Shown here one piece after another: positions 25,961 to 35,697 of a DNA stretch of 39,595 bases. Both the position numbers and the translations under genes were made by a program. Numbering within the stretch: position 1 is the first letter of the stretch; each line of letters begins with the position of its first letter. Under the pieces are notes generated by a model that was given only the letters and a program-made list of their open reading frames with translations, was not told where the DNA came from and searched no databases. This DNA is from a phage, in the sequence record PZ544513.1; one strand, written 5' to 3'.

Positions 25961-28318
25961 ATGCCACTAATTACTCAATCAATCAAGAACCTTAAAGGTG
26001 GCATTAGCCAGCAGCCAGACATCCTGAGGTTCTCGGACCAAGGCGAGGAACAGGTAAACTGCTGGTCATCAGAGAGTGATGGCCTACAGAAGCGTCCACC
26101 TACAGTCTTCAAGAGACGTCTTAACATCGACGTTGGGAGCAACCCTAAGTTCCACCTGATTAACCGTGACGAGCATGAGCAGTATTACATCGTGTTCAAC
26201 GGGTCAAACATTCAGGTAGTTGACTTGAGTGGTAATCAATACTCAGTTTCCGGTGCGGTAGATTACGTTAAGTCGTCCAACCCGCGAGATGACATCCGTG
26301 TCGTTACTGTTGCAGACTATACGTTCGTCGTTAACCGTAAGGTTGTCGTTAAAGGTGGAAGCGATAAGTCACACTCTGGTTATAATCGTAAAGCACGCGC
26401 TTTAATTAACCTGCGCGGTGGACAGTATGGTCGCACCCTTAAGGTCGGAATCAACGGTGGAGTTAAGGTCTCGCATAAGCTGCCAGCAGGTAATGATGCC
26501 GAGAATGACCCACCTAAGGTGGACGCTCAAGCCATTGGTGCAGCTCTGAGAGACCTTCTTGTTGCTGCCTATCCTACCTTCACGTTCGACCTTGGGTCTG
26601 GCTTCCTGCTAATCACAGCTCCTTCAGGGACCGACATTAACTCAGTGGAGACTGAGGATGGATACGCTAACCAGCTAATCAGCCCAGTCCTCGACACGGT
26701 GCAAACAATCTCTAAGTTGCCTCTTGCGGCTCCAAATGGGTACATCATTAAGATTCAAGGTGAGACCAACAGTAGCGCCGATGAATATTACGTGATGTAC
26801 GACTCCAACACTAAGACGTGGAAGGAGACAGTAGAGCCGGGAGTGGTCACTGGGTTCGATAACACCACAATGCCACATGCTCTGGTGAGACAATCTGACG
26901 GCTCCTTTGAGTTCAAGACTCTGGACTGGTCCAAGCGTGGTGCTGGTAATGATGACACAAACCCTATGCCTAGCTTCGTGGATGCCACGATTAACGATGT
27001 GTTCTTCTACAGGAACAGGCTGGGGTTCTTGTCAGGTGAGAACGTAATCATGAGCCGTTCAGCCAGCTACTTTGCGTTCTTCCCTAAGAGTGTGGCGACA
27101 CTGAGTGATGATGACCCTATTGATGTAGCTGTAAGTCACCCTAGAATCTCAATACTTAAGTATGCCGTTCCGTTTAGCGAGCAGCTACTACTTTGGTCTG
27201 ATGAGGTTCAGTTTGTGATGACAAGCTCTGGGGTCCTTACCTCGAAGTCTATCCAGCTTGATGTAGGCTCAGAGTTTGCCTTAGGTGACAATGCCAGACC
27301 GTTCGCTGTAGGACGCTCAGTCTTCTTCTCAGCTCCTCGTGGGTCATTCACCAGCATTAAGAGATACTTCGCTGTAGCTGATGTGTCTGATGTGAAGGAT
27401 GCCGATGATACAACTGGTCACGTACTGTCCTACATCCCTAACGGGGTGTTTGATATTCAAGGTACAGGGACTGAGAACTACATCTGCGTCAACTCTACAG
27501 GTGCATACAACCGTATCTACATCTACAAGTTCTTGTTTAAGGATGGCGTACAGCTTCAAGCCTCTTGGTCACACTGGGAGTTCCCTAAAGCTGATAAGAT
27601 TCTGGCATCTGCTTCCATTGGCTCTACCATGTTCATTGTTCGTCAGCACCAAGGCGGCGTGGACCTTGAGCACCTTAAGTTCATCAAGGAGGCAACTGAC
27701 TTTCCGTCAGAGCCGTATAGACTCCACGTTGACTCCAAGGTGTCTATGGTCATCCCAATTGGCTCGTTTAATGCTGACACATATAAGACTACGGTTGACA
27801 TTGGTGCTGCTTATGGTGGTAATGCCCCTTCTCCCGGTCGGTACTATCTGATTGACAGTCAGGGTGCTTATTTGGACCTTGGGGACTTGACCAGTATCTC
27901 TACTGTGATTACCCTCAACGGCGATTGGTCAGGACGTACAGTGTTCATCGGGAGGCCCTATCTGATGTCCTACAAGTTCTCACGGTTCCTGATTAAGATT
28001 GAAGATGATAGTGGCACCCAGTCTGAAGACACTGGTCGTCTACAGCTTCGTCGGGCTTGGGTCAACTACAAGGACACTGGCGCTCTGAGACTCATTGTCA
28101 GAAACGGTGAGCGAGAGTTCGTTAACACCTTTAATGGGTACACCCTTGGTCAGCAGACCATAGGGACTACTAACATTGGTGACGGGCAGTATCGCTTCGC
28201 TATGAATGGTAACGCATTGACCACGAGTCTAACCTTAGAGTCCGACTATCCTACCCCAGTGTCAATCGTTGGGTGTGGCTGGGAGGCGTCATACGCTAAG
28301 AAAGCTCGTTCCGTTTAA
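25961..28318 (+). CDS. 12: Tail tubular protein B (T7 gp12 homolog)
   Basis: 785 aa ORF at the conserved position and of the expected size, RBS AAGGAGGG. Confidence 0.92.
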   Translation: MPLITQSIKNLKGGISQQPDILRFSDQGEEQVNCWSSESDGLQKRPPTVFKRRLNIDVGSNPKFHLINRDEHEQYYIVFNGSNIQVVDLSGNQYSVSGAVDYVKSSNPRDDIRVVTVADYTFVVNRKVVVKGGSDKSHSGYNRKARALINLRGGQYGRTLKVGINGGVKVSHKLPAGNDAENDPPKVDAQAIGAALRDLLVAAYPTFTFDLGSGFLLITAPSGTDINSVETEDGYANQLISPVLDTVQTISKLPLAAPNGYIIKIQGETNSSADEYYVMYDSNTKTWKETVEPGVVTGFDNTTMPHALVRQSDGSFEFKTLDWSKRGAGNDDTNPMPSFVDATINDVFFYRNRLGFLSGENVIMSRSASYFAFFPKSVATLSDDDPIDVAVSHPRISILKYAVPFSEQLLLWSDEVQFVMTSSGVLTSKSIQLDVGSEFALGDNARPFAVGRSVFFSAPRGSFTSIKRYFAVADVSDVKDADDTTGHVLSYIPNGVFDIQGTGTENYICVNSTGAYNRIYIYKFLFKDGVQLQASWSHWEFPKADKILASASIGSTMFIVRQHQGGVDLEHLKFIKEATDFPSEPYRLHVDSKVSMVIPIGSFNADTYKTTVDIGAAYGGNAPSPGRYYLIDSQGAYLDLGDLTSISTVITLNGDWSGRTVFIGRPYLMSYKFSRFLIKIEDDSGTQSEDTGRLQLRRAWVNYKDTGALRLIVRNGEREFVNTFNGYTLGQQTIGTTNIGDGQYRFAMNGNALTTSLTLESDYPTPVSIVGCGWEASYAKKARSV

Positions 28319-28342
28319 CTTATTGAAGGGCCTATAGATTTA

Positions 28343-28365
28343 CCTTAACTATCACTATAGGGACT
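28343..28365 (+). promoter_or_regulatory. Phage RNAP promoter (phi13-like) CCTTAACTATCACTATAGGGACT embedded in a 12-bp perfect inverted repeat
   Basis: Promoter family member; flanked by AAGGGCCTATAG (28326-28337) and CTATAGGCCCTT (28364-28375). Confidence 0.7.
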
Positions 28366-28404
28366 ATAGGCCCTTTAAGTTATAATACTTTAATAGGAGA
28401 CTTT

Positions 28405-28875
28405 ATGTATATTCGTAAAGCTACTGAACCCGATGTCCACCACTTTCTATGGAATCTTTCGGCAGATGATGTTAATGAGTGCAAAGCAAACTACGGGTCA
28501 ACCGTGGGTCTCTCTGAAAGACTGCTTAAGCACCTATCTCCGTCATCTGTGGTTTTAACGAACGGTGTAGGCGAAGTGTTTGCCTATGGTGGAAACCAAG
28601 GGGATAACGTATGGTTCTTGACTTCCGGTCTTGTCTATAAGCTGAGACCTAAAGAGAAGCGAGAGTTCATGAAGCGTATCTCTGAGTACAGGGACTTAAT
28701 GTTAGACCAATACGGGACCATCTGGAACTACGTGTGGTCAGGCAATAAGTCTCACATTAAATTCTTGAAGTTGCTTGGGGCTAAATTCCATGATGATTGG
28801 ACTGTCAGCCCGGTAACTGGTGAGCGTTTTCAATTATTCACTATCTCTAAGGAGGACGTATGTGTGAACCCGTAA
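28405..28875 (+). CDS. Internal virion protein (gene 13 position)
   Basis: 156 aa ORF with RBS TAGGAGA, immediately after the phi13-like promoter. Confidence 0.75.
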   Translation: MYIRKATEPDVHHFLWNLSADDVNECKANYGSTVGLSERLLKHLSPSSVVLTNGVGEVFAYGGNQGDNVWFLTSGLVYKLRPKEKREFMKRISEYRDLMLDQYGTIWNYVWSGNKSHIKFLKLLGAKFHDDWTVSPVTGERFQLFTISKEDVCVNP

Positions 28876-29447
28876 GTATCGGCATGGGTATCATGGCTGT
28901 AGCCGGGGCCACTATGTCCGCATCCCAGCAGGCCAAGGCCGAAGGTGCAGCAATTGACGCTCAGAACCGACAGGCTCAGGAAATGGTTAAGCAGATGAAC
29001 TACTCTGACGCCAACCTGAGGATGCAGGAGCGAGACCTGAAGGAGCAGCAGATGGCTGAACTGACAGAGACCACGCTCAACGGTATCCGAAATCAGGGTA
29101 TGGTACGAGCTGCGGTGGCTGAGTCCGGTCTGGAAGGTAACTCTATGGACAGGATTGAACGTCAAGTCGAAGGGGATACAGTCAAGGAGCGAGCAGGGAT
29201 TACAGAAAGTTACAACCGCGACTATGCGGCTATCTTCGGGAACCGTATCGCCAACATTGAGAACACCAAGTCTGCTATCCGTGGTCAGGGTAAAATTATC
29301 AAGACCAGCCCACTGGCTCATGCACTTAATGTTGCAAGCGCCGGGATGCAGGGGTACGCTGCTGGTAAGTCAATCTCTGGGGCATCAAGCTCTGGTGGTG
29401 CTGCACAGATTAGTGCTGCTAAAGGCACACCTACAGGTCATAGCTAA
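28860..29447 (+). CDS. 14: Internal virion protein B (T7 gp14 homolog)
   Basis: 195 aa, begins MC like T7 gp14, Ala/Gln-rich, ..EGNSMDRIERQ..E..RD similar to T7 gp14 (..EGSSMDRIKRV). Confidence 0.88.
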   Translation: MCEPVSIGMGIMAVAGATMSASQQAKAEGAAIDAQNRQAQEMVKQMNYSDANLRMQERDLKEQQMAELTETTLNGIRNQGMVRAAVAESGLEGNSMDRIERQVEGDTVKERAGITESYNRDYAAIFGNRIANIENTKSAIRGQGKIIKTSPLAHALNVASAGMQGYAAGKSISGASSSGGAAQISAAKGTPTGHS

Positions 29448-29458
29448 GAGGAGGACTA

Positions 29459-31741
29459 ATGGCTAGTAATATTGAATCAGCTCTGGCTAATCGGACTATG
29501 GGTCGCGGCAGAGCGCCGGGTAAAACTATCGCCGTAAACTATCAAGCAGCCAACGTTCAGGCTCCGACTGGGGACTCCGGGCTGGCTCGTGCATTGACTA
29601 ACTTCGTTGAGTCTGGGACAGGATTGTACAAGCAGTTCAAGGACGATGAGAAGACCAGAGCTGACGAGCGGTCTAACGAGATTATCCGTAAGTTGACACC
29701 TCAGCAGAGACGTGAGGCTATCCAGAACGGCACATTGCTGTATCAGGATGACCCTTACGCTATGGAAGCACTTCGAGTCAAGACTGGTCGTAATGCTGCC
29801 TTTGCCGTAGACGACGAGATTAACGTTAAGATTCAGAATGGTGAGTTCCGCACACGTCAGGAAATGGAAGAATATCGACACCAGCGACTTCAGGATGCCG
29901 CTAAGTCATATGCCGAAGAGGCGGGTATTAACCCTACCGACGAGTTCTTCCAGCGTGGATTCAACGATAACATCACGGACCGAAACATCGCTATCTATGG
30001 GTCTTTCAATAAGTATTTCAGCAAGCAGTCTGAAGAGACAGCAATGTTGAACACTCGTATTGAGATGAACTCATTCCTGAACGATGGGGACCTGATGCGT
30101 TCGCCTGAGTCTGGAAAGACCTTCATGGCCTACCTTCGGGATGGACTAACGACTGCAGCTATCCCTTCGGACCAGCGAGCACGAGAGGTCATTACCCAGA
30201 CGGTACGTGACGCAATCCAGAAGTCTGGAGGCTCAAACTTCCTACAGCAAGTTCGAGGCGAGCGAATCACCCTTAACGGTGTGGATGCTACAGTCGAAGA
30301 GATTGTAGGACCTGATGTCTTCAACGCTGCTATTGTTGAGGCACAGGGCACTGAGTACAAGCTGGTGGCTAAGTATCAGGAAGACTTGGCTTTAGGCGTT
30401 CAGTCTGCGATTCTTCAGGATGACCCGACCATCGGTCTGGCCCAGATTCAGAAACTCAAGGAGCAGAACAACCTGCTTCAACCGGGTGAAGAACTCACGC
30501 CTCAGCGTCAGATGCTTATTAATGCCGAAGCCAGCTTGCTTGAAGCGGTCAAGCGTAAGTCTGCTGAACAGGCGAAGGAGAACACTAAGTTAATCCAGAC
30601 CCAGAACAAGCAACTGGTCATTGACCAAGTGTATCAGCGACGTCTGGCTGGGGACAACGTGTCCACCAACTATGAGGACCTTCCTGTCTCTGACGCTACA
30701 GGTGAGTTCAAGCGTTCAGATATGAACAACTACGCGTCTGCCAAGCTACAGCAGATTGACCAGATGGACATCCCTGAGGCTGCTAAGGACGCTCAGAAGG
30801 TGGCATTGTTAAGAGCTGACACTAACAACGGTCCATTCCGTAATGCCTTCCAGACGCTGACTCAGGACGCTGCTGGTGAGTGGCAAGCTGCGGTCATCCG
30901 TGGACAGTACGACCCAGACAAGATGAAACGCTTCGAGTCTCTTCGTCGTGCCTACACTCAGGACCCTTCAAGTTTCGCTGCTCTGTATCCTGACCAAGCT
31001 CAGTTGTTCTCTACGTTCGACCAGATGGACAAGATGGGTCTGGACCCTCAGACGATGATTGAAGCCGATAAGCAAGCTGCAAGTCAAAGCCGTGAGATGC
31101 GCATGGAGTCAGACAAGGCGTGGCAGGAGTTGAAGAACGACTCTCGGAATAAGGACCTTTCGCGTCTTCCTACGTCTCTGGACGCAAGTGCTCGTAAGGT
31201 CTGGGACTCATGGTACTACCGTACAGGTAACGCTGATGCTGCAACTCAGCAGACTCAACGATGGCTGAATGAAAATACCGTAACGTTCCAGTCTGAAGGT
31301 TCTGACGGTAAGTCCATCGGCATGGTGTCAAAGCACCAGCTTATGGTCGGGGATAACCCAGAGTCGTGGCAGGTTGGTCGAGACATTATCGACACCGCTC
31401 GTAAGCAGCTCATTAAGGCCAACCCTTGGGTAGTGAACTCTCAGTTGTCCGTTGTTGAACAGAACGGCTCTATCTTCCTCCAAGACGCTACAGGGACTAT
31501 TCGTATTCGCTACGATAAAGAACTTGTAGGTAAACTCTACCGCGAACAACAGCAGAAGGCACAAGATGCCGCATACGCTCAGGCAGAACGTGACGCTAAC
31601 AAGCGCGCGCGTATCGTCGGGACTAAAGCTGCTGGTGACAAACGTCGAGCTGACCGAGAGGCCAACATCGAGAAGCGCGGAGGGATGTACAATGACGTCT
31701 CATTGGAGGGTATCGCAAACGTACTAATCGGTAAGGAGTAA
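29459..31741 (+). CDS. 15: Internal virion protein C (T7 gp15 homolog)
   Basis: 760 aa, largely alpha-helical Gln/Ala-rich protein at the conserved position (T7 gp15 is 747 aa). Confidence 0.9.
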   Translation: MASNIESALANRTMGRGRAPGKTIAVNYQAANVQAPTGDSGLARALTNFVESGTGLYKQFKDDEKTRADERSNEIIRKLTPQQRREAIQNGTLLYQDDPYAMEALRVKTGRNAAFAVDDEINVKIQNGEFRTRQEMEEYRHQRLQDAAKSYAEEAGINPTDEFFQRGFNDNITDRNIAIYGSFNKYFSKQSEETAMLNTRIEMNSFLNDGDLMRSPESGKTFMAYLRDGLTTAAIPSDQRAREVITQTVRDAIQKSGGSNFLQQVRGERITLNGVDATVEEIVGPDVFNAAIVEAQGTEYKLVAKYQEDLALGVQSAILQDDPTIGLAQIQKLKEQNNLLQPGEELTPQRQMLINAEASLLEAVKRKSAEQAKENTKLIQTQNKQLVIDQVYQRRLAGDNVSTNYEDLPVSDATGEFKRSDMNNYASAKLQQIDQMDIPEAAKDAQKVALLRADTNNGPFRNAFQTLTQDAAGEWQAAVIRGQYDPDKMKRFESLRRAYTQDPSSFAALYPDQAQLFSTFDQMDKMGLDPQTMIEADKQAASQSREMRMESDKAWQELKNDSRNKDLSRLPTSLDASARKVWDSWYYRTGNADAATQQTQRWLNENTVTFQSEGSDGKSIGMVSKHQLMVGDNPESWQVGRDIIDTARKQLIKANPWVVNSQLSVVEQNGSIFLQDATGTIRIRYDKELVGKLYREQQQKAQDAAYAQAERDANKRARIVGTKAAGDKRRADREANIEKRGGMYNDVSLEGIANVLIGKE

Positions 31742-31745
31742 CATA

Positions 31746-34700
31746 ATGGCGACTCGTGGTATTCGCAATAACAATCCGGGTAACATCCGGGTAAGTAAGG
31801 ACCAATGGGAAGGAATGACTGGAGATGATGGCGCATTCGTCACCTTCGATAGTCCAGAGTCTGGCGTCCGAGCTTTAGGTAAAAACCTGCTGTCCTACGG
31901 TCGCCAAGGTTATGATTCCATCGAGAAGATTATCAACAGATGGGCACCTCCTAACGAGAACGACACTAAGGCTTATATTGACTCAGTGGTGGCTGCAACT
32001 GGTATTCCAGCTACACAGAGTCTCGACCTATCGGACCCTGACACCCTGTCTTCTCTGGCACAAGCTATCAGCTTCCATGAGACAGGCTCACGGTACGACC
32101 CTGAAGTCTATCAGAAGGGAGTCGCACGGGCACTCAACGGCATTAGCCCAAAGACTCCACCAGTAAGCGCTAACGTATTTGACGCACTCACGGAAGGACT
32201 CAAGGCTAAACCTAAAGTAGCTCTGGGTGAGAACCTTCCGACCGCTGCTGGTCTGAACATTGAGGGTCAAGCACCTGAATCTCCCAACGAATCGTTCGGT
32301 GAGATGTTCTATAAGGCTACTGGAGAGACCATGCAGGAGCAAGAGGACCGCTCTACGTGGTTCGGTTTCGGTGCGGCTACAGAAGCTGAAGTGAAGAACT
32401 CTATGGTCGGCGTGGCTATACGAGCTGGTCAGACTGAGGACTCACTGGATGTCATTGGCGATGTGTTCAACCCAACCAGATGGAACAACCATAAGTGGTC
32501 TCGTGAGGAGCTAGACCAGATTCGTAACGCTGGGGTTTTGCCTCAGTATTACGGAGTCATTACTGGTGGCTCTCCTCAGAACCTGACCGAGCTTATTAAC
32601 TTGGCGCTTGAGAACCAGAAGTTGGACCAAGAGAAGGCCAAGGCTGGGACTGGTGCTCAACTGGCGGCTGGTGTGATTGGTGCTGGCGTGGACCCTCTGA
32701 CCTACGTTCCTATTGCTGGGCAGGTAGGTAAAGGTGGTAAGCTAGTCAACAAGATGTTCACTGTGGCTGCTCAGTCTGGTGCTCTGGCTGGGGCATCCGA
32801 GATTGCTCGAACCTCAGTTGCTGGTGGGGACGCTCATGTTGCTGAAGCTATCCTTGGTGGCGCTCTCTTCGGTGGTGGCATGACTGCTATCGCTGATGGA
32901 CTAGGCAGAGCCTTAGGTCGCAACACTAATGAGTTTGCTGGTCCAGCTACACGTTTGGAAGCTCGTGAGACAGCTCGTAACGTTGATGGTCAGGACCTGT
33001 CCCGTCTCCCTATTCAGGAAGGTGAGCAGACCTTTAGTCATCAAGGCGTTAAGTTCGCTGACGTTCCGAATGAGCCGGGAAGTGTACGATTAGAAGACGG
33101 TTCAATCCTGATTGGTGAGAACCCTCTGAACCCTAAGACACGTCAAGTCTTTGACGAAGTGATTGAGCCGGAACGTGCCGCTGCTGGTGTGAACCTTGGT
33201 GGACTTACCGAGATTGGCCTGAAGCTGCTTCGGTCTGAGAACCCTGAGATTCGTGGAGTAGCTGCTGACTTAGTGCGTTCACCTACTGGTATGCAGTCTG
33301 GGGCCTCAGGTAAAATCGGGACAACTGCGTCAGACGTGTTCGAGAGACTTCGTTCTGTGGACCATCGGTTCTACAACGACATCGACGATGCGGTTACTGA
33401 GGCACTAAAGGACCCGTACTTCCAGACTGCATTCTGGCGAGACTCTGGCGCATTCCGTCAGGACATCTACCAGCGTGTGTCTATGGCTATCGAAGATGGT
33501 AGCGGAAACCTGAAGGCTGAACTGACTCCGGGAGAACTGAAAGTCTATGACCTACTGAAGAACCAGTTCGACGCCAAGCGTGAGATGATGGAGAACCCAG
33601 CGATGTTTGGTCGTCCAGACGCTCAGTCTATCTTTCCGGGTAGCCGCTTCAAGGGAACCTACGTCCCTCATGTGTATAGCAAACAGATGAAGGAGCTGTA
33701 CATCAAGGAGCTTGGGAGTCCAGAGGCGTTGCAGGAGGCCATCAAGAAGTCATGGTTGACCAGCTATGCGTCTCGACCTGAAGTCAAGAAACGCGTGGAC
33801 GAGGCACTTTTAGAGGCTGACCCTACGTTGACTCCAGAAGGACTTGCGGCTGCGGTCGATAAGTACGCCAACGATAAGGCTTATGGTATCTCTCACACCG
33901 AGCAGTTCGAGCGTTCATCCGTAATGGAGGAGAACATCAACGGGCTGGTGGGTCTGGAGAACAACAGCTTCCTTGAGGCTCGTAACCTGTTCGATAGCGA
34001 TATGTCAATCGTTCTTCCTAACGGTCAGACCTTCAGTGTCAACAACCTGCGTGAGTGGGACATGGACAAGATTGTCCCGGCCTACAACCGTCGAGTTAAT
34101 GGTGATATTGCTATCATGGCTGGTACAGGCAAGACCACGAAGGAAATGAAGGACTTAGTTGAGACCATGATGAACAAGGCTGGCGATGACGGAAAGTTGA
34201 AAGGTGAAGTATCTACCTTACGTGACACCCTGAAGATTCTCACTGGTCGTGCTCGACGTGATGGTGCTGATGATGCGGCCTTCGCTACCGTGATGCGCAT
34301 GATGACAGACCTATCGTTCTTCGCTAAGAATGCCTACATGGGTGTTCAGAACTTAACGGAGATTGGTGGTATGCTGGCTCGTGGTAACGTTCGTGCACTG
34401 CTACACGGAGTACCGATGTTCCGTGACCTAGCCTTCCGTAACAAGAAGGTCGGGGCCTCGGAGATTAAGGACCTGCATAATGTTATCTTCGGTAAAGAAT
34501 TAGACGACTCAATCCGTCCGTCTAAACAGGATGTTATCGACCGTCTGCGATCTTACAGTGACCTTAGTCGTGGTACAGCTACAGCTCTGGGGACTGCTAA
34601 GTATTACACTGGTGAACTTGTAGTACGCTCTCCGTTCACTAAAGTCCTCAACGGTACGACCAACTACCTGTTAGATGCTGGACGTCAAGGCTTCCTGTCT

Positions 34701-35633
34701 GACATAGTGGAGCATAGCCTGACTGGTAGTAAGCGTAAGTTCGATGACCGCTGGCTGAAGACCGCTGGTATATCTGACGAGCAGTGGAGTGGAATTAAGT
34801 CCCTAATCCGTGAGTCAGTGACTCGTGGGCCAGACGGGAAGTACACCATCAAGGATAAGAAGGCGTTCAGTCAGGACCCAAGGGCTATGGACCTGTGGCG
34901 TATGGGTGACACCATCGCTGACGAGACGTTACTCCGGCCTCATAAGCTGTCAAACATGGACGCCAAGGCTTATGGTCCTCTCGCTAAGACTGTCCTTCAG
35001 TTTAAGAACTTCGTCATCAAGTCTATCAATGGGAGAACCATGCGAACCTTCTATAACGCCACGAAGAACAACAGAGCGATTGACGCTGCACTGTCGACCG
35101 TGATGTCTATGGGTCTGGCTGGTATCTACTACATGGCTCAGGCGCATGTCAAGGCTTATGCTATGCAGGATGGTCGAGACCGTGACTACCTTAAGCAAGC
35201 TCTGGACCCAACGATGATTGGCTATGCGGCCCTGTCCCGTAGTTCACATCTTGGTGGCCCACTTGGGGTAGCTAACATTCTGGGAGGCATCGCTGGATAT
35301 GAGGACACTAAGATGCTCCGTTCGTCTATCCTACCTCGTTCTCCTACAGAGAAGCCTGAGCGTGCCATCGCGTATGGTGCAGCTACAAGTGACCCTGTGA
35401 TGAATGTTGTTGGTAACTTCTTGGAGCAGGTTCCAGCTTTCGGATATGCTGCTAACGTTGGCGCTTCGGCTTACAACTTGGCTGGCTACCTCAAGGCTGA
35501 TACTCGTGTCAACGAGCGTGACTACATGACCGGGATGTATAATACGTTCCGTGAACTGGTTCCGAACGACCCCATTACCCAGAAGCTGCTGCTTGGAACG
35601 TTTGAGGAGCAAGGCATCCACATCAAGGACTAA
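31746..35633 (+). CDS. 16: Internal virion protein D (T7 gp16 homolog), ejection/cell-wall-penetrating protein
   Basis: 1295 aa; long stretches colinear with T7 gp16 (DLVRSPTGMQSGASGK, ENPAMFG, GTYVPHVY, DKAYGISHTEQF, NNSFLEARNLFDSD, RRVNGDIAIMAGTGKTTKE, TNYLLDAGRQG, FSQDPRAMDLWR, NNRAIDAALS). Confidence 0.96.
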   Translation: MATRGIRNNNPGNIRVSKDQWEGMTGDDGAFVTFDSPESGVRALGKNLLSYGRQGYDSIEKIINRWAPPNENDTKAYIDSVVAATGIPATQSLDLSDPDTLSSLAQAISFHETGSRYDPEVYQKGVARALNGISPKTPPVSANVFDALTEGLKAKPKVALGENLPTAAGLNIEGQAPESPNESFGEMFYKATGETMQEQEDRSTWFGFGAATEAEVKNSMVGVAIRAGQTEDSLDVIGDVFNPTRWNNHKWSREELDQIRNAGVLPQYYGVITGGSPQNLTELINLALENQKLDQEKAKAGTGAQLAAGVIGAGVDPLTYVPIAGQVGKGGKLVNKMFTVAAQSGALAGASEIARTSVAGGDAHVAEAILGGALFGGGMTAIADGLGRALGRNTNEFAGPATRLEARETARNVDGQDLSRLPIQEGEQTFSHQGVKFADVPNEPGSVRLEDGSILIGENPLNPKTRQVFDEVIEPERAAAGVNLGGLTEIGLKLLRSENPEIRGVAADLVRSPTGMQSGASGKIGTTASDVFERLRSVDHRFYNDIDDAVTEALKDPYFQTAFWRDSGAFRQDIYQRVSMAIEDGSGNLKAELTPGELKVYDLLKNQFDAKREMMENPAMFGRPDAQSIFPGSRFKGTYVPHVYSKQMKELYIKELGSPEALQEAIKKSWLTSYASRPEVKKRVDEALLEADPTLTPEGLAAAVDKYANDKAYGISHTEQFERSSVMEENINGLVGLENNSFLEARNLFDSDMSIVLPNGQTFSVNNLREWDMDKIVPAYNRRVNGDIAIMAGTGKTTKEMKDLVETMMNKAGDDGKLKGEVSTLRDTLKILTGRARRDGADDAAFATVMRMMTDLSFFAKNAYMGVQNLTEIGGMLARGNVRALLHGVPMFRDLAFRNKKVGASEIKDLHNVIFGKELDDSIRPSKQDVIDRLRSYSDLSRGTATALGTAKYYTGELVVRSPFTKVLNGTTNYLLDAGRQGFLSDIVEHSLTGSKRKFDDRWLKTAGISDEQWSGIKSLIRESVTRGPDGKYTIKDKKAFSQDPRAMDLWRMGDTIADETLLRPHKLSNMDAKAYGPLAKTVLQFKNFVIKSINGRTMRTFYNATKNNRAIDAALSTVMSMGLAGIYYMAQAHVKAYAMQDGRDRDYLKQALDPTMIGYAALSRSSHLGGPLGVANILGGIAGYEDTKMLRSSILPRSPTEKPERAIAYGAATSDPVMNVVGNFLEQVPAFGYAANVGASAYNLAGYLKADTRVNERDYMTGMYNTFRELVPNDPITQKLLLGTFEEQGIHIKD

Positions 35634-35651
35634 ACTATCACTATAGGAAAC
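35629..35651 (+). promoter_or_regulatory. Phage RNAP promoter (phi17-like) CTAAACTATCACTATAGGAAACT
   Basis: Promoter family member overlapping the gene 16 stop. Confidence 0.7.
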
Positions 35652-35697
35652 TGGAGGCGCTACCATAGGTCTCCATTTAAATCACAAAGGAGGCATA

